Assembly: GCA_030141605.1 (NCBI GenBank)
Contig: JAQGDQ010000569.1
Coordinates: forward strand, 1-64,000
Direction of reading: 5' to 3'
Length of the DNA: 64,000 bases
Source: Tubiluchus corallicola
Lineage: Eukaryota; Animalia; Priapulida
In this document: one piece after another, positions 12,377-25,600 of the stretch
Layout of the letters: every line of letters begins with the position of its first letter
Position numbering within the stretch: the stretch's first letter is position 1
Position numbers and translations under genes: made by a program
Notes under the pieces: generated by a model
Told to the model about the DNA's origin: nothing
What the model saw: only the letters and a program-made list of their open reading frames with translations
Database searches by the model: none

Positions 12377-12968
12377 CAGGGATGAGAATTTCAGGGATCC
12401 GAATTTGCCGATTGTCCGTATTTACCGATACTACGCTAATACTGTAAGCGTCGTGTTTTAGACTTATGGTAATTTAGAATCAATCGCCTAATTGTCTCAA
12501 AAACGTCTGGCACGGGACACGCCAATGCAAAAGTTTACAAAAACTGTCTTCGATTGGAGCCTAGGATCAAATTGCAATTTTATGACCATAGAGAGCCTCT
12601 AAGTGAACTTAAAATATCAGTTACCTTGTTTCATGCATAATTTAAAATACCCAACTATCAAGGATACATGATACTTAATTGTCTCAAAAACGCCTAAGTA
12701 CTGGCCACTCCTATGCAAAAGTATATAAAAACTGTCTGCAATTGACGCAAATAACTCCGCACAATTGATTCTATATTTTTATACATAGAGATATACACGT
12801 GGTTACACTGATGTACGTGATGTAAACAAAGTGACGGCCTGCCATCTAGCGGTCAGCTTGTGAAATAATGTACTGGGTCCGTAAAAATTTTCTCAACGAA
12901 TGTACGCGATTTACAAAAATGGCACTACTGGTCTTCCAAAAACTTTCCGCGGAAAATTCTCATCCCTG
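12377..12968. mobile_element. MITE with CAGGGATGAGAATTT terminal inverted repeats (hAT-like)
   Basis: CAGGGATGAGAATTTC...GAAAATTCTCATCCCTG with T6 on both flanks; partial second copy at 6675-7062. Confidence 0.8.
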
Positions 12969-13657
12969 TTTTTTGACATTGCTCTGTTTGTCATTTGCTG
13001 ATAACTTTTTTCTTTCTTCTAACTGTTGCCCACTGCAAATGGTTTCTTTACCCCATCTTACTGTCTTTGAAACGTCTGCCTTTGTAGTGGATGATATGTA
13101 CATGATTCTGCATATTTTTCATGTATTGTTCAATGCGGTATTGTTGACTGCCTCTGCATACCACGTTGATATCATTTCCAACAACAATGTAAACATCCCA
13201 TTTCTTCCCCAAACCAGCGTTTAGTTTTCGGTGATCAACCAGTTCACTGTAACCATACTTATCATAAGTGAAATGCCTTGTACAAAAGTACATGTACCAT
13301 TCTTCAATGTCAATGTCAAAGTTCAGTTGTACATTCACCGTTGTTCATTTGAAGTCTTACAGTTTTTGCTGAATGCTTTGTCTGAGTCTCTTCATTTGAA
13401 ATTTTCCACAAGTTTGATTGCACACGTCTCAAGCTCTGATGCCATGTCTTGGTACATAATCTAAAAAGATGCAATGAAAAATTTGTAAGAATTATGTTAT
13501 TAATATATTCCCTTGCACAAAAATGAATGGAATATGTACAAAAATGGCTACTAATTAACAACTTTGCAATACAGTGCCATTTTTTCGCTTAAAACATACC
13601 GGCAAATAAATTTAAATTATTCTCCTTTTGACACCAAACGTTATATATAAGTATCGT

Positions 13658-13660
<3 letters not shown>

Positions 13661-13705
<45 letters not shown>
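13661..13705. repeat. (CA)n microsatellite
   Basis: Seen directly. Confidence 0.95.
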
Positions 13706-13711
<6 letters not shown>

Positions 13712-13825
13712 AATATATATTGCTCAGGTAAAAAATTTGTTCTTTTGTGCTATCTAGAGCATCATTAAAGTACAAGAAAACCCTACACAAACATAAAGCT
13801 TGAAAAATTCGTTTTGAAATTTTAT

Positions 13826-14451
13826 ATCACTTACGTACTGCCTTTTTGCATGCAGAACTTCAACCGGCAGTAACGCTGTATAAAACATGTAAATTTAAAC
13901 TCCCGCGATGACCGTTAGATGCAGCCATTTTCACGACAGGTCATTTGAAACAAGTTTAAATAACATTTTGTAAAGTTTGAAAAAATAATCAGAGCATTTG
14001 TAGCGCACAAGTCACTAACTAAATAAAATTTTAAATTACTGTATCTTGTCAATAAGATTAAAAATACGTTTTTTGGTTAGTGAGTGGTGCACCCTGGAGG
14101 GTGAGTCAGCGACATTTTACCAATTGGTGAAAACATTTTTAATAATTAATAATTTTCTTTTCTAATTACATAAGTCTTTCTAGCAAGTAAGCGAAAATCT
14201 AAGTAATACAGATTTGCACGGAAAGTCTCTTGAGACATAATTTAAAATTGCCTTTTCTTCCCTTGATTTACATTTGGTACATGACGTCATGTAATGGCGA
14301 ATTCGCAACAGTACTGCGGGAGATTTAAAAAGAAAACAAACTAAAATTCCTTTCAGTGCGAGTAAGATATACGCATAAAATTACTATAAAGTAATATAAT
14401 TTTTAAGGCGATTTTTCTGAAACCTACTTTAGGTACCTCTTTTCTTGTCCT
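13826..14451 (-). mobile_element. Kolobok-like element, inverted copy
   Basis: Ends TTTTCTTGTCCT|TTAA; reverse complement of 5783-6390. Confidence 0.6.
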
Positions 14452-15254
14452 TTAAGTCATGCTTATGTTTTTAGCAATGCAATCTGTATAAAAACATTTG
14501 CATCAGATGTGGTACTCCAAAAAGATAGTTCATGGCAAAACTTAATATCAGAATCATTTTTATCCACTTAGTTACATTATTCTACTTAATACATACGTTA
14601 AATATAGAGATTAAATATGACAAGTCACAGGTAAAGGCAATGTACAATACCTGGGCTTGTTAGCAAAGTATAAATCTACCGTAGGCCGATTCTAATACCA
14701 GGGAAAACTACTTTCTATTGTGTAGTTGTGAACTAATACTAATAGCCACAATCTATACTTGATTCATTAAGCCTTTCCTGGACCACAAATCAATACTTGA
14801 AGCAAGTCTAAAATACATGAATCCAAACTAATTTGATATATTGAGACACGTCTCCGATAGATTGCACTGCATTTCTTGCCTCCAAAGTGAGGTTATGCGG
14901 CTCAACACGCGGTTAAGAGGTTAACCTAACCGAGAAATTTATCATATCAATCCGCAATTACAGCCACCTGCACTAATCCACAACTAACTATCCCAGTTAC
15001 GTAAACAGGGATATTTAAACCAAAGATTGGCCTCGGTCACAGTTATCCAAGAATACCATAAGTATTGAAACAATAAAAATGATATATTTATAGCATTTGT
15101 TTACTGGGCATTACCGTCTAAGTTGCTGACTATTTATTGTAAGCAAATAGCAATAATTTCTTTTAAGATTAATTAACCGTACTTCTAAAATTCAACGCAC
15201 ACAACTGCTTGATACATAAAAACGAAAAAACACAAACACTCCTGCCGCAAGGAC

Positions 15255-15805
15255 ATGCGGCGTTGCTTAGGTGGTAACTAGACGCGAAATCACGTGACTC
15301 ACTGCACTCTTCGTGCCATCTAACGGACGTTTAGTAAATAAAGTGCGCAATGCTATGTACCGTTTGCAGTCGCATGCAAAATCATTTTCGAGTTTTGTGC
15401 GTTTTCGGTAACTTTATTAAGTGTTTTATGCTGTTTTGTTCAGCGAATGTACCATTTTTCATGAGACACTCGTGGATTTTTCTTAAGTGGTTAAATTGTT
15501 TGCCTACTTAAACAAAAACAGCCGGCACGCAAACGCAGGACAAACTTTTTGTGAGCTAATGATATTTGTGAAAAAATTGTGTAAAATTTCACGCAGCAGC
15601 AAGCCACAGACTAGCTGGAACAATGGGATGTCACGTGTTTGTGATTGCTATATTCGTTGTCCTGCTGTAGCTTCTAACATCACACTGCCGGAAAGGCATT
15701 GCAAAAGTTGGCGTTGCTATGGTGACTGACCAAATTTTTGTCTGCCATCTAGGGGCGAGTTAAAAAACAATGTAAGTGTGTAATTGCACTACTTGCAGTC
15801 GTATG
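15255..15805. promoter_or_regulatory. Candidate promoter upstream of the cadherin gene, with a duplicated module carrying X-box-like motifs
   Basis: CpG-richer stretch; GTTGCTTAGGTGGTAAC (15262-15278) and GTTGCTATGGTGAC (15713-15726), each followed by GCCATCTA and TTGCAGTCG. Confidence 0.35.
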
Positions 15806-16615
15806 ATTTTTATCAGCAAGCGCGTCATCAAGGCAATTATAGCATGCTATAATTATGATTACTATCACAATAATATTACTTTAACTATGTAACTATTGCT
15901 TGATCAGTGTTAAATTATAGAAACAATACAATATTGTAGTTATTTGTGTAGACTATAGGTCTACATACACAGTTTATGTATAAAAACAATAATTGTTAAA
16001 ACAAGTGTTTGTGCAATTGTCATCTTGTTCTGTAAAAATACTACATGTTCTTTTTGCAAAAAAGAAATGTGATTCAGTGACTGAAATGATTCTATTAAGT
16101 GTTTTGCTGTACACGTGTGAAATTGGTGGCATTTCCACTATCGAGACAATTGGAACTGTGTATAGAAAAATATTTGTCTTTAAATGAAATGAAAGCGTAA
16201 AACTAACTTAAGTGTAAATGTATTATTATGATACCATGCCAGCAGATTTTTGATTGACTGAAAATGTTGTATTTTATGAATGTTGATTTAAGAATAAAGT
16301 ATAGTTGTACTCATTGCTTTAATTTTAGTGCATGCATAAGAAACAGCATTTATATAATGATGCCTTATACTAATTAATTACTAAGAAAAATAGTTTTTAT
16401 CGTATTAATTATTTATACTAAAACTACATTGTTGTGTATAATTTTTGATATGAATAAAATTAATATTAAATTTATTAAACAACTGTTAAAGCAAAGGTGA
16501 AGGTGTCTATGCGCTGAACACTTTGTGTTAATATTTCAAAGAATTATTGTAATTTTAAATTTTGATGTTATTGTTTTAGAGACTCTGTGAGCAAAACTTT
16601 GGAGTTTAATGAACA

Positions 16616-19600
16616 ATGATGGCCACAATTAGGATCACGCTGTGTTCAGCAAAAACCTTTTTAGCTTTATTGTATGGACTGATAATCGTGCTAACTACGT
16701 CTTTTTATGCATCTAGTCAAGGTCAGTATTTAAAGTAAAGGAATACCCTTCTAGCAGGTTAGGCTTACTTTCTTCAATGTCGTGAAAAATGTTAGAAGGA
16801 TTTGGTAATAAAACTCCAATAAGCGCCTCGTGTAAATAGTAAAATCACTTCATATATTTGGGTGCTTCCAAATTCAAAGTCAAGACGAATTTCTAAATTT
16901 TATTTATGAAGAATGTGCCGTGATCCTTTAATTTAAAGTGTGCCTAGTAATCATACAGAACACACCAAGAAAGTACGTGCAATGGATGACAGTAGCTTAC
17001 CATGGATCAGAGAATGTGTGCAGCTAGCAAATAGCAAGCCTTTTCACAGTTAGCTGTGCGCAGTTGCTGTAGGTCAAAGGTTATGTGTACCACAGCAACG
17101 CATCTTAACTACATTGTGACATGTGGGTAACGCAAAGCATTGTTTAGTAACTTCAGTTGTTTTACATGGACTTTACTTAATTATGCATCAGTGTGTACAT
17201 AGAGTGATTTACTAGCAAGATCTTGGTTGAGAACGAGAAAAAATGAACTAAGTAAGGTTCTAGCTAGCTGTTACTATTACAATAGTATGTGCTGTGAGGC
17301 ATTGTCAAGTGTATACAAATGTTTTGTCCAGTACAGTAGAACTTTGACCTTTTCTTCACAATCATCATCAATTGCTGGAACTGTGAAAAGGCGTATTGCT
17401 AAAACTGGTACTATGCTGAACTTAACAAACTAATTGTGTTCATTTTTCAGAATGCAACCTAAAGTCACACGACAGTACAATCACTATACGTCAACATTAC
17501 GTAGACATATATCGAAAGGAAACTGAAGCTGATGAAAGTTAGTTACTAAAACTGAACTTTTTGTTTTTGAAAATGTAATTAATTTTCTAGATCTACAATA
17601 ATATAACATTAATGATAGTGAAAACTGGCTTATGCTCTTAAAATTTATAGTTTTGAATGCAAATACCTATCACTGGGTGTCCTAGTGGTCTAAATTTCAG
17701 ACTACAACCACATAGTCTTGAGTTCGAGACTAGCATCTGTGAACGCCAAGACGTATACTCTAAATATTATTTGTTATTTGTGTTTTGCGTCTTTACCTGT
17801 ATTGTTGTAAGAGTAAAAGTACGACGTGCGCATAATGTGTGATGTGTAATCCGTAACGCATGATGCGTATACAACAGTTTATATTTAAACACGTGGAAAT
17901 GTTTCCATGTGTATGTAATGTGTGATGCGTATGCAAAAGTTTATATTTAAACACGTAGAAGTGTTTCCATGTGCACGTAATGCGTGATGTGTGATATGTA
18001 TGCAAAAGTTTATATTTAAACACGTGGAAGTGTTTCCATGTGTACGTAATGTGTGATGTGTGATATGTATGCAACAGTTTATATTTAAACACGTAGAAGT
18101 GTTTCCATGTGTACGTAATGTGTGATATGTATGCAACAGTTTATATTTAAACACGTAGAAGTGTTTCCATGTGTACGTAATGTGTGATGCGTGATGCGTA
18201 TGCAACAGTTTATATTTAAACATGTAGAAGTGTTTCCATGTGTACGTAATGTGTGATGCGTGATCCGTGATACAACAGTTTATATTTAAACACGCGGAAA
18301 TGTTTCCATGTGTATGTAATGTGTGATGTGTGATGTGTATGCAAAAGTTTATATTTAAACAAGTGGAACTGTTTCCACGTGTACGTAATGCGTGATGCGT
18401 ATGCAACAGTTTATATTTAAAAAAGTGGAACTGTTTCCACATGTATGTGATGCGTATGCAACAGTTTATATTTAAACACGTGGAACTGTTTCCACGTGTA
18501 CGTAATGCGTGATGCGTATGCAACAGTTTGTATTTAAACAAGTGGAACTGTTTCCACGTGTACGTAATGCGTGATGCGTATGCAACAGTTTATATTTAAA
18601 CACGTAGAAGTGTTTCCATATGTACGTAATATGTGATGTGTGATATGTATGCAATAGTTTATATTTAAACAGGTGGAACTGTTTCCACGTGTACGTAATG
18701 CGTGATGCGTATGCAACAGTTTGTATTTAAACAGGTGGAAGTGTTTCCACGTGTACGTAATGCGTGATGCGTATGCAACAGTTTGTATTTAAACAGGTGG
18801 AACTGTTTCCATGTGTACGTAATGCGTGATGCGTATACAACAGTTTATATTTAAACATGTAGAAGTGTTTCCATGTGTACGTAATGCGTGATGCGTATGC
18901 AACAGTTTGTATTTAAACAGGTAGAAGTGTTTCCATGTGTACGTGATGTGTGACATGTATGCAACAATTTATATTTAAACACGTAGAAGTGTTTCCATGT
19001 GTACATAATGTGTGATGTGTGATATGTATGCAACAGTTTATATTTAAACACGTAGAAGTGTTTCCATGTGTACGTACTGTGTGATGCATGATGCGTATAC
19101 AACAGTTTATATTTAAACACGTAGAAGTGTTTCCATGTGCACGTAATGTGTGATATGTATGCAAAAGTTTATATTTAAACATGTGGAAGTGTTTCCATGT
19201 GTACGTAATGTGTGATGTGTATGCAACAGTTTATATTTAAACATGTAGTGTTTCCATGTGTACGTACTGTGTGATATGTATGCAACAGTTTATATTTAAA
19301 CACGTAGAAGTGTTTCCGTGTGTACGTAATATGTGATGCATGATGCGTATGCAAAAGTTTATATTTAAACATGTAGAAGTGTTTCCATGTGTACGTAATG
19401 TGTTATGTGTGATATGTATACAACAGTTTATATTTAAACTCGTAGAAGGTTTCCATGTGTACGTAATGTGTGATGCGTGATATGTATGCAAAAGTTTATA
19501 TTTAAACACGTAGAAGTGTTTCCATATGTACGTAATATGTGATGTGTGATATGTATGCAATAGTTTATATTTAAACATGTAGAAGTGTTTCCATGTGTAC

Positions 19601-22600
19601 GTGATGTGTGATATGTATGCAACAGTTTATATTTAAACATGTAGAAGTGTTTCCATGTGTACGTAATGTGTGATGTGTGATGCGTATGCAACAGTTTATA
19701 TTTAAACATGTAGAAGTGTTTCCATGTGTACGTAATGTGTGATGAGTGATCCATGATACAACAGTTTATATTTAAACACGTAGAAGTGTTTCCATGCGTA
19801 CGTAATGTGTGATAACACGAGCTCAAAACAAATGACGTCATGTAACACGAGCTCAAAACAAATGACGTCATGTAACACGAGCCCAAAACAAATGACGTCA
19901 TGTAACACGAGCCCAAAACAAATGACGTCATGTAACACGTGCTCAAAACAAATGACGTCATGTAACACGAGCTCAAAACAAATGATGTCATGTAACACGA
20001 GCTCAAAACAAATGACGTCATGTAACACGAGCTCAAAACAAATGACGTCATGTAACACGTGGTCAAAACAATGATGTCATGTAACACGAGCTCAAAACAA
20101 ATGACGTCACGTAACATGTGCTCAAAACAAAGGACATCATGTAACACGTGCTCAAAACAAATGACATCATGTAACGCGAGCTCAAAACAAATGACATCAT
20201 GTAACACGAGCTCAAAACAAATGACGTCATGTAACACGAGCTCAAAACAAATGACGTCACGTAACATGTGCTCAAAACAAATGACATCATGTAACACGAG
20301 CTCAAAACAAATGACGTCATGTAACACGTGCTCAAAACAAATGACGTCATGTAACACGTGGTCAAAACAAATGATGTCATGTAACACGAGCTCAAAACAA
20401 ATGACGTCACGTAACATGTGCTCAAAACAAATGACATCATGTAACACGAGCTCAAAACAAATGACGTCATGTAACACGTGCTCAAAACAAATGACGTCAT
20501 GTAACACGTGGTCAAAACAAATGATGTCATGTAACACGAGCTCAAAACAAATGACGTCACGTAACACGTGCTCAAAACAAATGACGTCATGTAACACGTG
20601 CTCAAAACAAATGACGTCATGTAACACGTGCTCAAAACAAATGATGTCATGTAACGCGAGCTCAAAACAAATGACGTCATGTAACACGAGCTCAAAACAA
20701 ATGACGTCATGTAACTAACTAATAATAGTTATTTGCCAAGGACTTTGTAGCCCCTGAGAATTTTTCCCCCTATAGATACTGTGAAACACCGGCCCCAGGT
20801 GATAATTAACAAAAGCATGAATGTTGGACGCCAGAGACAAATAACAAAAGCATGAATGTTGGACGCCAGAGACAAATAACAGAAGCATGAATGTTGGATT
20901 CTTCAAATCAGTTTATTCCAACTTCTACAACATAATTGCCAACACTAGGCCCCCAGAGACAAATAACAAAAGCATGAATGATGGATTCTTCAAATCAGTT
21001 TTTTCAACTTCTACAGCAAAATTGCCAACATTAGGCCCACAGTGATGGGTGCAAGTCTGACACAAAAAAGAAGACATATTCTGATATTTAAAAAAATGAG
21101 TTTTTGAAATATTAAATATGATATGTGTGAATTACTGTTATTCTCCACCATGGCAGCATCGGTGAGTTGGAAAAACGGACAAGAAAGCAATTTGAGTGTA
21201 TTATTATACAGTATATTAATTAATTGAGCTCTCTTTAAAGAAGTAATTCAGCATACTTCTATTCTGATTCTGTAGTAACTTTTCACAGTAAATTAATATC
21301 ACTTAATCTCTGGAGGCTCCTGAGCTGGCAGAGGTCCCTGTGCAGCAGCCCATAAAGCCCCCGTGCCTTAGTCTCACACTGTTACTTGTGGCGTTTTTTT
21401 AATAAATATGAAACGATGTAAATACAGGGGGCAGAGTACATTATATTAAATATATTACTTTCACATATATTTACTGACTAATTAATTAATTTATTAATAA
21501 TTTAAAACAAATAATTAAGTTAAGCTTGTTTCACACTTTTTTCAGATGCAACAATTGCAATCTTTCACACCTATAAGGGATCACCAGAAATAAAGCCAAG
21601 TACAGGCGACGCATATAAGGATGACTACATGTATTTTAAACTGGAGATTCTTGCCAATAATATTTTACATATTGCTCTTACGACGAATATTGGAGAACTT
21701 ATTGTAAGTGTTAACAGGAATTACTAAACAGGTAACATAAAAAACGGCACACGAAAAATGGCACAGAAAACATGGCAGAAATGAAAAAGTAGGTAAAAAT
21801 GGTGCAAAAATGGCACAAGTGGAAAGGTAGGTAAAATGGCACAAGTGGAAAGGTAGGTAAAAATGGCACATGTGTTATTTTGATGCTACTGGTTTCTATA
21901 ATAAAACTAAAATGAGAGCTTTGCCAAAGCTGAACAATCCCAACCTTATTAGTCTGATTTTTTTTATTTAATGTTGTGTATGCTCATAGTAATCGTGCGT
22001 AATTGCACCTGCGGAAACCTGTTGAAAAAGATTGCTCATATTGAAAGAGAGAGTTGTTCTAAAATGCCATTTGATGGATGCCGTTTGATTTATTATCTGT
22101 CTTGTATTTAGTACACCATACACTAAAATAAACAAAAAAACATACAAAAGACTCACAAGATATTTGTTCATCAAACCGATTTATAATTAGCAATGCACTA
22201 GCTTTCCACTTAGTGTTTATCTACCCTTCTAACCATTAATTTCGGCGATGCTAACAGATTGACAAATATATACATACCAACTTATATAAAGCTATACACA
22301 TTAATAAGCAAAGTTGGATTTGAGTTATCCAGTACTCAATTGTGCAACTTTGAATCATTGAAACGTTATGAAACGCCATGCAATCAGCACAATATAACTG
22401 CAACTTCTGTGCGCAATTTTTAATCATTGAAACGTTTGAAACACCATGCAATCAGCTCAATTTAACTGCAACTTTCGTGCACAATTTTAATCATTGAAAC
22501 GTTTGAAACACCATGCAATCAGCACAATTTAACTGCAACTTCTGTTCCCAATTTTTAATCATTGAAATGCTTGAAACACCATGCAATCAGCACAATTTAA

Positions 22601-25600
22601 CTGCAATTTCTGTTCCCAATTTTTAATCATTGAAACGTTTGAAACACCATGCAATCAGCACAATTTAACTGCAACTTCTGTAAACAATTTTTAATTGATT
22701 GAAACGTTTGAAACACCATGCAATCAACACAGTTTAACTGCAACTTCTGTTCCCAATTTTTTATCATTGAAACGTTTGAAACACCATGCAATCAGCACAA
22801 TTTAACTGCAACTTCTGTAAACAATTTTTAATCGTTTGAAGCACCATGCAATCAACACAGTTTAACTGCAACTTCTGTGCACAATTTTTAATCATTAAAA
22901 CCTTTGCAACACCGTGCAATCAGCACAATTTAACTGCAACTTCTGTGCACAATTTTTAATCATTAAAACCTTTGCAACACCGTGCAATCAGCACAATTTA
23001 ACTGCAACTTCTGTGCACAATTTTTAATCATTAAAACCTTTGCAACACTGTGCAATCAGCACAATTTAACTGCAACTTCTGTGCACAATTTTTTAAGTAA
23101 TTATTAGTGTTTTTACTGCCAAACAAAAGGAAGTAATATGCTCGATCTGCCAGACTGTTTTTCATTAGTGTTCGATGATCTTTAAAACTGAATTCAAATT
23201 CGATTCGCATTTGAAATTCGGTTTGATTCGAGTTCGAAAATCAAAACCATTAGATTCGAATTCATTTTCTGAGAGAGCATCACTAAGACTTAATCATTTC
23301 AGAAATAAAATCTACTTTTGCTATCATAGTGTTACTTTACTCGTTACAGTATGTGAGAGGGAGAAACTTTCAATTTTTAATTGACTGTGGTGATGGTGGC
23401 CTACGAGACAAAATGGTAAGACCAATTTGGTAGTTTCTTTCATTCAGTTATAATGGTGGCGTTGGCAGTAACAATGGCACTCGTGGCGGTGGCAGTGGTG
23501 GCACTGGTAGAAGTAGTAATGATGTCAATCGTTATGCCAATTGACATTCAAATATGTCAATTCAAATTTCAAATCGAAGCTGTGCTCATGCATGAGTTGT
23601 CGAACATGTGTATCGTCGTAAGCTAACACATCTGAACTTAGAGGTACAGCACCTGTATTTGTGAAATGCATTTCCGAAATACAGGCGCTAGTGCCCGTCT
23701 AACTAGCGAATGATGAAATGCATGTAACAGCGAAGAACTAGTGGCACGAACATGAAATTGTCGTATCGATACTTCAAAGTAGAAAGCACCAAAAATTTAG
23801 TCGAACTTCAATTTTTTCTTTTTTATGAAAACAAATGCGAAATATATTGGATTTTTATATTATAGCATTAAATTATCAGGAAAATGTCAAAAAATATTAA
23901 AAATCTAATTTTTATAACTCTTTAACCACTTTTCTGTCTAGAAACTAGTATTGCAATTGTAAAAAAACTTGTATATTCTAACTCCGATTGTAGCTTGTAT
24001 AGGCAGGCATTTTGCTTCGAGTTTTTTCTGTTGACCAGATCATCGTCATGAAGAGCCATCTACTGGATTTAAATGTAACCTCACTTTGATCTTGAGAAAT
24101 ACGGTTGCTAAGTGTTGCGACAAAAAACAATGGATGACTTTAACAGCCTTTTTCTCAAGTTTACATATTCAGGATATGTAAATAACTAGAAAAGCTTAAT
24201 TGCTGACTTATGGATGATTTTGCTACATGCAAGCACACAAACAACCAATTATAAAAAATAAAGACCATCCTAATAAATATTACATAAAGCATGGTTATAA
24301 AACGTAATACAACATGGTTATAAAACTTAATACAACATGGTTATGAAACTTAACACAATATGGTTGTAAAACTTAATACAACATGGTTATAAAACTTAAT
24401 ACAACATGGTTATAAAACTTAATACAACATGGTTATAAAACTTAATACAACATGGTTATGAAACTTAATACAATATGGTTGTAAAACTTAATACAACATG
24501 GTTATAAACTTTAATACAACATGATTATAAAACTTAATACAACATGGTTATAAACTTTAATACAACATGATTATGAAACTTAATACAATATGGTTATAAA
24601 ACTTAATACAACATGGTTATAAAACTTAATACAACATGGTTATAAAACTTAATACAACATGGTTATGAAAATTAATAGAACATGATTATAAAACGTAATA
24701 CAACATGGTTATAAACTTTAATACAACATAATTATGAAACTTAATACAACATGGTTATAAACTTTAATACAACATGATTATGAAACGTAATACAATATGG
24801 TTATAAAACTTAATACAACATGGTTATAAAACTTAATACAACATGGTTATAAAACTTAATACAACATGGTTATGAAACTTAATACAATATGGTTGTAAAA
24901 CTTAATACAACATGGTTATAAACTTTAATACAACATGATTATAAAACTTAATACAACATGGTTATAAACTTTAATACAACATGATTATGAAACTTAATAC
25001 AATATGGTTATAAAACTTAATACAACATGGTTATAAAACTTAATACAACATGGTTATAAAACTTAATACAACATGGTTATGAAAATTAATAGAACATGAT
25101 TATAAAACGTAATACAACATGGTTATAAACTTTAATACAACATAATTATGAAACTTTAATACAACATGATTATGAAACTTAATACAACATGGTTATGAAA
25201 CTTAATACAACATGATTATGAAACGTAATACAACATGGTTATAAAACATAATACAACATGGTTATAAAACTTAATACAACATGATTATGAAACTTAATAC
25301 AACATGATTATGAAACTTAATACAAGATGGTTATAAAACTTAATAAAACATGGTTATATGAAACTGTAACAAATTGTGTGATCAAGTATAATTAATGACC
25401 TGCATAATTAAGTAAAATCGACTGAGTACATTTCCTTCATTATTACTAATAACTTCTGTTTGTTTCCAGACAGAAATTGATGTTCATATTGAAGATGAAA
25501 ACACAAATCCACCTGTTTTTAGTGACAATTTCTACGAATTCTCTTTATCAGAGGTATCGTTATTTTTTTTTATTTTATTTGTAATTTATTATCACTTCAG

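Noticed and set aside
17850-20715. CRISPR-like regular repeats and long ORFs (up to 417 aa)
   Set aside because: Units are head-to-tail with no unique spacers and no cas genes. The ORFs arise from stop-free satellite units and lie inside a cadherin intron.
24288-25356. Possible CRISPR or iteron array
   Set aside because: Pure 23-bp tandem repeat without spacers in a eukaryotic intron.
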